Below, in pieces: positions 49,476-58,394 of a stretch of 64,000 nucleotides of DNA. The stretch is taken from contig CBDCOX010000002.1 in NCBI GenBank assembly GCA_965219995.1, positions 3,488,001 to 3,552,000 of the forward strand, written 5' to 3'. A model generated the notes under the pieces. That model was not told where the DNA came from. It saw only the letters and a program-made list of their open reading frames with translations, and made no database searches. Every line of letters begins with the position of its first letter. The first letter of the stretch is position 1. The position numbers were made by a program, and so were the translations under genes. This DNA comes from Candidatus Latescibacterota bacterium (GTDB lineage Bacteria; Latescibacterota; UBA2968; GCA-2709665).

Positions 49476-50729
49476 TCACTTGAAAAGAAGCCCGAAATAG
49501 AAGAGAGGGCTGAAGAGTTTCTTTTTGGGAACGGCATTGGCGATCATGCCGGTGATGAGTTCGCTGATCTGCTGATTCTGCGCCGCCTTCTGAATGACGA
49601 GATTGAGCAGGGGCCGCCAGCGGCCCAGGTCCTGCAGGCGCTTGCTGGTTCTGAGCTCGTCGCCGATGGCATCCCACAAACGGTCTTCGTATCGTTTCAG
49701 GAAGGCTTCGCTGAAGTCATTCGCCGCCCGGGCTTCGGCGGCGACCTGAGCGGCGAAGCGAGCGGCATACAAAGCGTTGCCGATGCCCTCCCCCGTAAAG
49801 GGGTCGATCAGCCCGGCGGCGTCGCCGAGCAGCATGAATCCGTTGCCGTAGCTCTTCCTTCGGATGCTGCCGATGGGCAGATTCCATCCGATGGGTTCTT
49901 CCATGGCGCGCGCATTCGCGAACCGCCGGTCGAACGGCGGGCGGTTGATCACCGACTGAAGCGCATCCTTCAGGTTGACTTTGCGGCGTTTGAGGCAGCT
50001 GTGCAGCATGCCGATGCCGACGTTCGCATAGCCGTTCTCAAGGGGAAAGGCCCAGAAGTATCCCGGCAAAACTTCATTGACGAAGTGCAGTTCGATCTGG
50101 TCCTTCAGGCCCGTCACGTTCTCGTAGTAACAGCGCAGGGCAACAACCCAGTGCCGGCCGTCGTGGCGGTACTGTCCCGTTCGCCGGGCGACGATGGAGT
50201 TGAAGCCGTCACAACCCATCACCAGGCTGGCGCGGAAAGTGCGCTGTTGTCCGTTGGCGCTGCCGGTTACGCCCGTGACGGTTCCATTTTCCCGGACAAG
50301 GTCCTTTACCGTGAATCCCTCGATGCATGTGTCGACGGATTTACGGGCCTCGCCGAACAGAAAGGCGTCGAAAACCGTCCGGCGGATGACAAACCCCTCC
50401 ATGGGGAGATCCCGCCCGGTACCGATGTCGTGAAGGGTATGCCGCTCCAGATCGATCCAGGCATCCACGTGATTCGGGCTGCTGAAGACGATTTTATTGA
50501 TAAATGCGCCGGGCAGGTCCCGGATCTTATCGAGCAGTCCGAGTTCGAGCAGGACAGCCACGGCTTTTCCCGACAGGGCGTCGCCGCAGACTTTGTCTCT
50601 GGGAAAAGTGGATTTGTCCAGCAGAAGGGTCTTGAGACCGTGCCGGGATGCGTACAATGCGGCCGCGGCGCCCGCCGGACCCGCGCCGACGATGATCAGA
50701 TCATAAGTGTTTCGCTGAGGGTCCGGCAT
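49476..50729 (-). CDS. Geranylgeranyl reductase family FAD-dependent oxidoreductase
   Basis: VGAGPAG, FPRDKVCGD, GYFWAFP, LGDAAGLIDPFTGEGI. Confidence 0.88.
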   Translation of the reverse strand: MPDPQRNTYDLIIVGAGPAGAAAALYASRHGLKTLLLDKSTFPRDKVCGDALSGKAVAVLLELGLLDKIRDLPGAFINKIVFSSPNHVDAWIDLERHTLHDIGTGRDLPMEGFVIRRTVFDAFLFGEARKSVDTCIEGFTVKDLVRENGTVTGVTGSANGQQRTFRASLVMGCDGFNSIVARRTGQYRHDGRHWVVALRCYYENVTGLKDQIELHFVNEVLPGYFWAFPLENGYANVGIGMLHSCLKRRKVNLKDALQSVINRPPFDRRFANARAMEEPIGWNLPIGSIRRKSYGNGFMLLGDAAGLIDPFTGEGIGNALYAARFAAQVAAEARAANDFSEAFLKRYEDRLWDAIGDELRTSKRLQDLGRWRPLLNLVIQKAAQNQQISELITGMIANAVPKKKLFSPLFYFGLLFK

Positions 50730-50845
50730 AGAGTCTCGGAATTGCAACGTCCCTGGATTCGTCCTTCGGTACCACTTAACTTATCCTGATCGGGTGCGCG
50801 CGTCAAGCGCGAAAACCACGCCGCCCGCGGCGGGAGGATGGTGAA

Positions 50846-53020
50846 TTGAGCAGACGACGCACGCGAAATTCGAAGTTGGAACGCCCCAACGGAATTCGCC
50901 GACCCACGACCGTCGCCGCCGTCTTCCTGGGTCTCCACGTCGTTCTGGCATACTGGCGTCCCAATCCATTCTGGGGCGCTGATCTCCTGTACTATTATCC
51001 CGATTCTCTGAAGGTCGTCTTCATCCTGCTGGCGATACTCGTTTTCATTCCCTGTGTTCGCGCCCGGTTACGCTCTCTTGTCGCGGCACTGCCGGGTGCG
51101 GTCTGGGGCAGCGGCGTCCGCACCTGGATCGCCCGCAGCCTGCTGATTCTCCTGGCGCTGGCCGGATTCATTGCGCTGCAGTCCTCGCGGCACCTCCTCG
51201 GCGACGGGTACCTGTATCTGCGTGAACTGGATGCCGGCATTACGCAGCGCGTCGACCGCGCGCCGCTTACCTTCGCGCTGATTCGCGTGTTGCATCACGC
51301 CGGCGCCGGGTTATGGCATACCGCCGAGAATACGTACCGTATCTACAGCTATGCCTCCGGTCTTCTGTACATCCTGCTTGCATTTGCCACGGCCGGCGTT
51401 CTGGGGAAGAACGACCGCGAAAAATCCGTGGGTTTGGCGTTCCTTGTCACCTCCGGATACGTGCAACTCTTCTTCGGCTACGTGGAGAATTACGCCTTCT
51501 ACATGCCGGCCAGCCTGCTGTACCTTCTTGCAGGTCTTCGGAGTCTGGAAAACCGGGCGCCCCTGTGGGTACCCGCGCTGGCGCTCGGCCTGCTCATCCC
51601 GTTTCACTTTCTGTTTGTTCTCTTTGCGCCTTCCCTGCTCATACTCGCGTATTTCAGGTACAGGCGCCGTAAAACAACAACGCCACGATGGAAGCCGGTT
51701 CTGGCCAATGTCGCTGCGCTGAGCGCCGCCCCGACTGCCGCGGTGCTTGTCTTCTGGCTGGCCGGGTTCGACGCCGCCGCCTTTCTGGAACGGACAGGCG
51801 GAAAACACCACATCCTCCCTCTGTTTTCGGACCCCGGTTTTCACGTGCCCTACCGCATCGTTTCCATCTCGCATCTGCTCGATTTTATCAACCTGCAGAT
51901 CCTTTCCGCGCCGGCCGCGTTGATGGCGCTGTGCCTGTTCAGCAGGCAGGATTTACGTCACCATCCGTTCCTGCTTGCCGCCGCCGTCGTTCCTCTTTTC
52001 TTCACGTTCATTGCCAACCCTGAAATCGGCGCTTTCAGGGACTGGGACATTCTCGCGCTTCCCGCCCTGCCGCTTACGCTCTGGGCTGCCTCGGCGCTTC
52101 TGGCGAACGGCAAACGGGCACAGCGGCGAGCCCGCAACGTCTCCGTGATCTGCGCCGCGGCCGCCCTGCACACCATGCTGTGGATCGGGGTGAATGCCAA
52201 CCCGGCCGCCGCCGAGGCGCGGTATGCGCATCTCATGGGAAGGCTCAGCGGACATGCGGGCTCCTACGGATGGGAGACGCTCGGGACGTACTACCGCCTG
52301 CAAGGCAAAACGGTGCCGGCGCTCAATGCCTATCGGCGCGCGCTCGATGCGAATCCTCAGAACCCCCGACACTGGTTGTCGGTCGGGCTCATCTACTGCG
52401 ACCTCGGCCGGGCGGAGCGTGGGATCGACCATCTCAGAAAGGCGGTGGAGATCCAGCCCGACCTCGCGGAGGCGCATATCAATCTGGGCGCCGCGTACCT
52501 TGGGACCGGGCGGCACGGGGAAGCGACTGACCATCTCGAGAAAGCCGTTGAACTCCAGCCCGGAAGCACGCTCGCGCTCGTCAACCTCGGCGCCGCCTAC
52601 AACGAAACGGGAAGGTTCAGCGAGGCTGTCGACCCACTAGGCAAAGCGCTTGAAATACAGCCCGGACACGCGGGCGCGCATGTCAATATCGGCGCGTCCT
52701 ACCACGGTCTTGGCCGATACGAGGAGGCGGTTGAACACCTGAAGAAAGCGCTCGAGCTCCAGCCCGCGCTGCGCAGCGCACAGACCTATCTGAACATCGG
52801 CGGCACCTATCACAGCATGGGCCGGTTCGAAGAGGCGATTCCGTATCTGAAGAAAGCCATTGAAATCAACCCGCGGCTCACGAACGCCTACTTCAACCTG
52901 GGCCTGGCCTACGGCGCTCTGAATCGCATGGAGGAGGCCAGAGCCAACCTGCGAAAGGTCCTGGAACTGAATCCGAACGATCCCCAGGCGCCGGTGATCA
53001 GACAGTTGTTGAGGCAATGA
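50846..53020 (+). CDS. Multi-pass membrane protein with C-terminal TPR repeats
   Basis: About 12 TM segments (LLGDGY, FFGYVENY, RDWDIL) followed by about seven TPRs; start uncertain. Confidence 0.78.
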   Translation: MSRRRTRNSKLERPNGIRRPTTVAAVFLGLHVVLAYWRPNPFWGADLLYYYPDSLKVVFILLAILVFIPCVRARLRSLVAALPGAVWGSGVRTWIARSLLILLALAGFIALQSSRHLLGDGYLYLRELDAGITQRVDRAPLTFALIRVLHHAGAGLWHTAENTYRIYSYASGLLYILLAFATAGVLGKNDREKSVGLAFLVTSGYVQLFFGYVENYAFYMPASLLYLLAGLRSLENRAPLWVPALALGLLIPFHFLFVLFAPSLLILAYFRYRRRKTTTPRWKPVLANVAALSAAPTAAVLVFWLAGFDAAAFLERTGGKHHILPLFSDPGFHVPYRIVSISHLLDFINLQILSAPAALMALCLFSRQDLRHHPFLLAAAVVPLFFTFIANPEIGAFRDWDILALPALPLTLWAASALLANGKRAQRRARNVSVICAAAALHTMLWIGVNANPAAAEARYAHLMGRLSGHAGSYGWETLGTYYRLQGKTVPALNAYRRALDANPQNPRHWLSVGLIYCDLGRAERGIDHLRKAVEIQPDLAEAHINLGAAYLGTGRHGEATDHLEKAVELQPGSTLALVNLGAAYNETGRFSEAVDPLGKALEIQPGHAGAHVNIGASYHGLGRYEEAVEHLKKALELQPALRSAQTYLNIGGTYHSMGRFEEAIPYLKKAIEINPRLTNAYFNLGLAYGALNRMEEARANLRKVLELNPNDPQAPVIRQLLRQ

Positions 53021-53028
53021 GCTACAAT

Positions 53029-53299
53029 CGGTGAGACGGGAGCCGGTAGACGGTAGAGGACATCCTTGCCCGATTGGTTTTTTCTTTATGCCTCTGGCAA
53101 GAAATGAGACTACACGGGGCAATAAAACCCGTTAGACGCAAGACGGTAGACGGTAGATGACATCTTTGCCCGATTGGTTGCTCCCTTACGCCTCTGGCAA
53201 GATATGAAACCGTACAGGGCAGACAAATTCTCCCCTCTTACGTCTAACGTTTCCCCGCCTTTAGGGCACTCACATCATCTCCCGTCTCCCGTCTCACCG
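53029..53299 (+). repeat. Hairpin element B, copy c, containing nested copy d (about 53130-53257)
   Basis: Two left arms and cores in tandem followed by two right arms; additional orphan right arm at 53385-53417. Confidence 0.8.
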
Positions 53300-53451
53300 C
53301 TCTTGAGGGGCCGGGGGGAGAGGTTCCGCCCGTATCGCTGATGGACTTCGCCTGGCCATATCGATATCCTGAGGGCGCGGTGTGATCCTCTACCGTCTCC
53401 CGTCTAACGTCTCCCCGCCTTTAGGTGGTTGCTCTATCACAGGTGACTTAT

Positions 53452-54288
53452 TTGAACCGAATCTACTTCATATCCGACGTACACATCGGGTCGCCGGGAA
53501 TGGGAGATGCAACCCGCGAGCGGGAAGACGTCCTGATCGACTTTCTGAAGTCGATCCGCCACAACGCCGGGGCGCTCTATATTGTTGGCGATCTGTTCGA
53601 CTTCTGGTTCGAGTACCGCACAACCATCCCTTCGACCGGCGCCCGCGTCCTGTTCGAACTCTACAACCTGGTGGAATCCGGCGTGCGCGTGATCTACCTG
53701 CCCGGCAATCACGACCTCTGGCCGGGCCAGTACTTCTCCGAGCAACTCGGCGTTGAACTCCCCGGCGGTCCGATCACGGTCACCCATCAGGGTCTCACGA
53801 TCCACATCGCCCACGGAGACGAAATCCGGAACGACTGGCGGTTCCGCCTGAGCCGCGGCATCCTGAAAAACAGGCATTGCATGGGCCTCTTTCGACTGCT
53901 TCACCCGGACCTGGGGGCCGCCCTCGCCAGGTATACCTCCCGTCTTTCCGAATTCCGGATCCGGACGCGGGGTTCCGGTAACCGGGACATTCTCTATAAG
54001 GCCGCACGAGGGAAGATCGCGCACGGCGTGGATATCGTAATCCACGGACACTACCATTTCTCGCTTCACGCTCGTGTGGGCGGTTCGGGCGACGACCCGG
54101 CAGGTTTGGAAACGGATCCAGAAGTTCGTGCCGATGACCCCGTCGAACGCAGCGGCGAACTGGTGGTCCTGGGCGACTGGATTCAAAAGTACACCTATGC
54201 GGTTCTGGAAAACGGGAGCATCCGGCTCGAGAAGTGGGAAGAGCGCCGTTCGAACGAACCGGCGATCGACCCGGAGGAAGCCGGATAA
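53452..54288 (+). CDS. lpxH: UDP-2,3-diacylglucosamine diphosphatase (LpxH-like)
   Basis: SDVH, GDLFDFWFEY, GNHD, AHGD, GHYH, LGDW; TTG start approximate. Confidence 0.78.
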   Translation: MNRIYFISDVHIGSPGMGDATREREDVLIDFLKSIRHNAGALYIVGDLFDFWFEYRTTIPSTGARVLFELYNLVESGVRVIYLPGNHDLWPGQYFSEQLGVELPGGPITVTHQGLTIHIAHGDEIRNDWRFRLSRGILKNRHCMGLFRLLHPDLGAALARYTSRLSEFRIRTRGSGNRDILYKAARGKIAHGVDIVIHGHYHFSLHARVGGSGDDPAGLETDPEVRADDPVERSGELVVLGDWIQKYTYAVLENGSIRLEKWEERRSNEPAIDPEEAG

Positions 54289-54351
54289 TGGAATGGAGAC
54301 ACGCCACCGGACCCGCCCGATTCGCTCTTACGACCATCAGGTAGTGTGCAT

Positions 54352-55842
54352 ATGATCCTCGCCATCGACCAGGGCACCACGGGTACGACCGTGCTCGTTA
54401 TCAACCGTAGAGGCGATATCAAGGGCCGCGCCTACGCGGAATTCAACCAGATTTATCCGAAGCCCGGTTGGGTCTCTCACGACGCGGAGGAAATCTGGCG
54501 TTCCACGCAGCGCGTGATCGCCGAGGCGACCCGAAACGCGGGCGTGCGGCCGGGGGACCTGGCGGGGATCGGGATCGCCAACCAGCGGGAGACCACCGTC
54601 CTGTGGGATCGGCGCTCAGGCGTACCCGTACACGACGCGATTGTCTGGCAGTGCCGGCGGACCACCGGCATCTGCCGGCGCTACAGGGAGCGCGGACTCG
54701 AAGAATCCGTCCGCGAACGAACAGGCCTTGTCATTGACGCCTATTTTTCCGCGACCAAGATCGTCTGGCTCCTGGAAAACGTGCCCGGGCTTCGCCGCCG
54801 CGCCGAGGCAGGCGACGTCTGCTTCGGCACGATCGATACCTACCTCCTTCACCGGCTCACCGCCGGCGCCGTTCACGCGACCGACCTCACCAATGCCTCC
54901 CGGACCATGTGTTTCAACATCCACACGCGGGAGTGGGACGCGGCCTTGCTCGACGCGTTCGACATCCCTCGGGCCGTCCTCCCGCAGGTCAATCCCTCCG
55001 CCTGTGTGTTCGGGACAACCCGCGGCGAGGGCCCACTGCCGGAAGGGATCCCGATCGCCGGCATCGCGGGAGACCAGCAGGCCGCCCTCTTCGGGCAGCG
55101 AGGCGTTTCCGAGGGTGACGTCAAGAACACCTACGGGACGGGCTGTTTCGCCCTGTTTCACACGGGATCCAACGCGTTCCCGTCGCAAAACGGCCTGCTC
55201 ACCACACTGGCCTGCGATGCACGCGGCGGTCCGGCCTTCGCCCTGGAAGGATCCGTCTTCAGCGCCGGATCCGCGGTTCAATGGTTGCGCGACGGCCTGG
55301 GCCTGATCGCGAATGCGTCCGAAACGGAATACCTCGCCCGATCGGTTCCGGATAACGACGGCGTCTACCTGGTCCCCGCGTTCACGGGCCTCGGCGCGCC
55401 CTACTGGGATCCGGATGCCCGCGGGACCATTGTGGGTATCAACCGGGGAACAGACCGGGCCCACCTGGCGCGGGCCACGCTCGAATCCATCGCCTATCAG
55501 AGCGCCGCCCTCGTAGACGCCATGGCAGCGGACACGGGCCGCCCGGTTACCGGAATCCGCGTTGACGGCGGCGCATCCGCGAACGACTTCCTGATGCAGT
55601 TCCAGGCCGATATCCTCAATACGCACGTGATCCGGCCCCGGCATACGGAGACCACCGCCATGGGCGCCGCGATGCTCGCGGGGCTTACGACCGGATTCTG
55701 GAGCGGCCCTGAGGCGCTGTCGGATCTGAATCCACCCGAACGCACGTTCGAACCCTCCATGTCGCAAAAAAAGCGCGACACCCTGCTGAATCGCTGGCGT
55801 CACGCCGTTCGAACCGCCCGCCACCACGGCAATCACAAATAA
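54352..55842 (+). CDS. glpK: Glycerol kinase
   Basis: AIDQGTTG, NQRETT, VWQCRRT, DAYFSATK, GDQQAALFG, KNTYGTG. Confidence 0.96.
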   Translation: MILAIDQGTTGTTVLVINRRGDIKGRAYAEFNQIYPKPGWVSHDAEEIWRSTQRVIAEATRNAGVRPGDLAGIGIANQRETTVLWDRRSGVPVHDAIVWQCRRTTGICRRYRERGLEESVRERTGLVIDAYFSATKIVWLLENVPGLRRRAEAGDVCFGTIDTYLLHRLTAGAVHATDLTNASRTMCFNIHTREWDAALLDAFDIPRAVLPQVNPSACVFGTTRGEGPLPEGIPIAGIAGDQQAALFGQRGVSEGDVKNTYGTGCFALFHTGSNAFPSQNGLLTTLACDARGGPAFALEGSVFSAGSAVQWLRDGLGLIANASETEYLARSVPDNDGVYLVPAFTGLGAPYWDPDARGTIVGINRGTDRAHLARATLESIAYQSAALVDAMAADTGRPVTGIRVDGGASANDFLMQFQADILNTHVIRPRHTETTAMGAAMLAGLTTGFWSGPEALSDLNPPERTFEPSMSQKKRDTLLNRWRHAVRTARHHGNHK

Positions 55843-55853
55843 AAAGCGATCGC

Positions 55854-55996
55854 TAAGAGCGGGGAGACGTGAGACGCAAGACGTTAGATGACATCCTTGC
55901 CCGATTGGTTTTTCTCTTATGCCTCCGGCAGGAAATGAATCCGCACCGGGCAATCACATCCTCTACCGTCTCCCCTCTCACGTCTAACCGCTCTTA
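55854..55996 (+). repeat. Hairpin element B, copy e
   Basis: Closed by TAAGAGCGG/CCGCTCTTA; the right end coincides with the ilvD stop codon. Confidence 0.85.
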
Positions 55997-57667
55997 TTCG
56001 TCCGTGACGCATCCTTCGGAAGCCGTAGTCACGGTTTTGATGTATTTGAATAGCGTGCCTTGCGTTGCCTTGTACGGCGGCGCCGTCCAGGCTGCCCGCC
56101 GTTCCGCCAGTTCCTCGTCGTCCAGGTCGACGTTGATCTCGTTGGCTTCCGCGTCGATGGTAATCACGTCGCCGTTTTCAACCAGGGCGATGGCGCCGCC
56201 CTCCTGTGCTTCGGGCGTGATGTGGCCTACGACGAACCCGTGCGAACCGCCCGAAAAACGTCCGTCGGTAATCAGCGCAACGTCATTGCCCAGGCCCGCG
56301 CCCATGATCACCGACGTAGGCGTGAGCATCTCCGGCATGCCGGGACCGCCCTTGGGTCCCTCATAACGGATGACGACAACGCACCCCACCTTCACTTCGT
56401 TTCGCTCGACCGCTCCGAGGAGGTCCTCCTCGCGGTCGAACACCATCGCGGGCCCTGTGAACCGCACGCCCTCCTTGCCTGTGATCTTGGCCACCGCGCC
56501 CTCTGAGGCCAGATTTCCGCGCAGGATCCGCAGATGTCCGGTGGTTTTGATCGGCCTGTCGGTGGACCGTACCACCTGCTGCCCGTCGTCGAGCCCGGGC
56601 AACTCTGCCAGGTTTTCCGCAATCGTCCTGCCCGTAACCGTCAGGCAGTCGCCGTTCAGCAGGCCGTTCTCCAGCAGGTATTTCATCGCGCCGGGCGTTC
56701 CGCCCACGTTGTGCAGATCCTCCATGACGAACTGTCCGCTGGGCTTGAAGTCCGACAACAAAGGCACCCGGTCGCTCACCGCCTGAAAATCGTCGATTGT
56801 CAACTGGACGCCGACGGATTTCGCGATTGCGATCATGTGCAGCACCGCGTTGGTCGATCCGCCGAGGGCCATGATCACGACCATCGCGTTTTCGAACGCC
56901 TCGCGGGTCATGATGTCCCGAGGCCTGATGTCTTTCTCCAGCAGGTTCCGGATGGCCGCGCCGGACTGGAAGCACTCCTCCAGCTTTCCCTTGTCCACGG
57001 CCGGCGTCGAGGAACTGTAGGGCAGCGACATCCCCATCGCTTCGATAGCGGACGCCATCGTATTCGCGGTGTACATTCCCCCGCACGCGCCGGCGCCCGG
57101 GCAGGCATGCTGCACTACGCCCTTCCGCTCCTCCTCGTCCAGTTCGCCGGCCAGATACTCGCCGTAGCTCTGAAACGCGGACACGATGTCGAGCTTCTTG
57201 TGGTTACTGAAGCCCGGTTTGATGGTCCCTCCGTAGATCATCAATGACGGCCGGTTCAACCGCCCCATCGCCATCACGCAGCCCGGCATGTTCTTGTCGC
57301 AGCCCGGGAGCGATATGTTGGCGTCGTACCACTGCGCGCCCATTACCGTTTCAATGGAATCCGCGATCAGGTCCCGCGACTGCAGCGAAAAGCTCATGCC
57401 CTCGGTTCCCATCGAAATCCCGTCGCTGACGCCGATGGTGTTGAAGCGCATGCCCAGCAGACCCGCCGCATCCACGCCCTGCTTCACCTTCGCCGCGAGG
57501 TCCAGGAGATGCATATTGCAGGTATTGCCCTCGTACCACATGCTGGCGATGCCAACCTGCGCCTTGTCCATATCCGCTTCGGTCATTCCAGTCCCGTACA
57601 ACATCGCCTGTGACGCGCCCTGGGACTTCACCTGGGTAATCCGGGAACTGTACTTGTTCAGCGCCAT
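55994..57667 (-). CDS. ilvD: Dihydroxy-acid dehydratase
   Basis: [53 protein letters not shown]. Confidence 0.96.
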   Translation of the reverse strand: MALNKYSSRITQVKSQGASQAMLYGTGMTEADMDKAQVGIASMWYEGNTCNMHLLDLAAKVKQGVDAAGLLGMRFNTIGVSDGISMGTEGMSFSLQSRDLIADSIETVMGAQWYDANISLPGCDKNMPGCVMAMGRLNRPSLMIYGGTIKPGFSNHKKLDIVSAFQSYGEYLAGELDEEERKGVVQHACPGAGACGGMYTANTMASAIEAMGMSLPYSSSTPAVDKGKLEECFQSGAAIRNLLEKDIRPRDIMTREAFENAMVVIMALGGSTNAVLHMIAIAKSVGVQLTIDDFQAVSDRVPLLSDFKPSGQFVMEDLHNVGGTPGAMKYLLENGLLNGDCLTVTGRTIAENLAELPGLDDGQQVVRSTDRPIKTTGHLRILRGNLASEGAVAKITGKEGVRFTGPAMVFDREEDLLGAVERNEVKVGCVVVIRYEGPKGGPGMPEMLTPTSVIMGAGLGNDVALITDGRFSGGSHGFVVGHITPEAQEGGAIALVENGDVITIDAEANEINVDLDDEELAERRAAWTAPPYKATQGTLFKYIKTVTTASEGCVTDE

Positions 57668-57925
57668 GGTGTTCCTTTCCATAATGTCTCCCCAAAGCCC
57701 CATTGGCCTCGGGTCAGGGTCGTTTCCGTTTTTTATACGCCCGGTCGCGATTTAATTTAATCGAATGCATCTGACCCGTCAACTGTCACAAGAAAGCTGT
57801 CAGCTGTCAGCCATCAGCGGTCAGCCTGAAGCAAAAGGCAAAGACCAAACAGCAAATCGCAAAACGGTGCCCTGCGGTGCGGGGTAGGTCCCGAAAGAGG
57901 GGGCCGGGGGGAGAGGTCTGCGTAA

Positions 57926-58061
57926 ATTCGGTTAGACGTAAGAGGGTAGACGGTAGATGACGTCTTTGCCCGATTGGTTCTTCCACTATGCCTGCGGCAA
58001 GAGATGATACCGAACAGGCAATCATGTCTTCTCCCGTCTCCCGTCTAACGTCTCCCCGAAT
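57926..58061 (+). repeat. Hairpin element B, copy f
   Basis: Closed by ATTCGG/CCGAAT; core nearly identical to copy a. Confidence 0.85.
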
Positions 58062-58211
58062 CAATAGACCGTGTACCGGTCGCTGGGTTGGCCGCTTCCC
58101 GTAGACTGGTGGCCGATAAAGTCGCCTTTTCCACCGATCGATGAACCAAATGAGGAAACGCGGTGAGGCCGGCGCCGTCGGTCCGCGCCGCCGTCAACAC
58201 CCACGACATTT

Positions 58212-58251
58212 CGCCTTTCCGGACCATTGATCCGGCAAGGCGTTTTTTTTT
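58212..58251 (+). terminator. Intrinsic terminator-like hairpin with no upstream plus-strand gene
   Basis: CGCCTTTCCGGA...TCCGGCAAGGCG followed by nine T. Confidence 0.6.
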
Positions 58252-58394
58252 GAACCGCGCTTCCCGCGTCGTGCTCGCTTCATTCCAACCCTTTTCATGG
58301 ACCGGGAAGGGAACGGTAGACCCTGCGTCTCAGTCTAACAGAACGGCCGCCATGATGTAAATTCATCGGACGCCGGGAGAAAACGGAGGCGCAC

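Noticed and set aside
49476-50729. Geranylgeranyl reductase as a sign of archaeal-type lipid or chlorophyll synthesis
   Set aside because: The family is widespread and no pathway partners are present in the window.
53029-53425. Possible CRISPR array
   Set aside because: No constant repeat with unique equal-length spacers, and no cas genes; better explained as nested hairpin elements.
58062-58394. Cobalamin or TPP riboswitch upstream of the TonB receptor
   Set aside because: I could not find a B12 box or the TPP CUGAGA motif in a plausible context.
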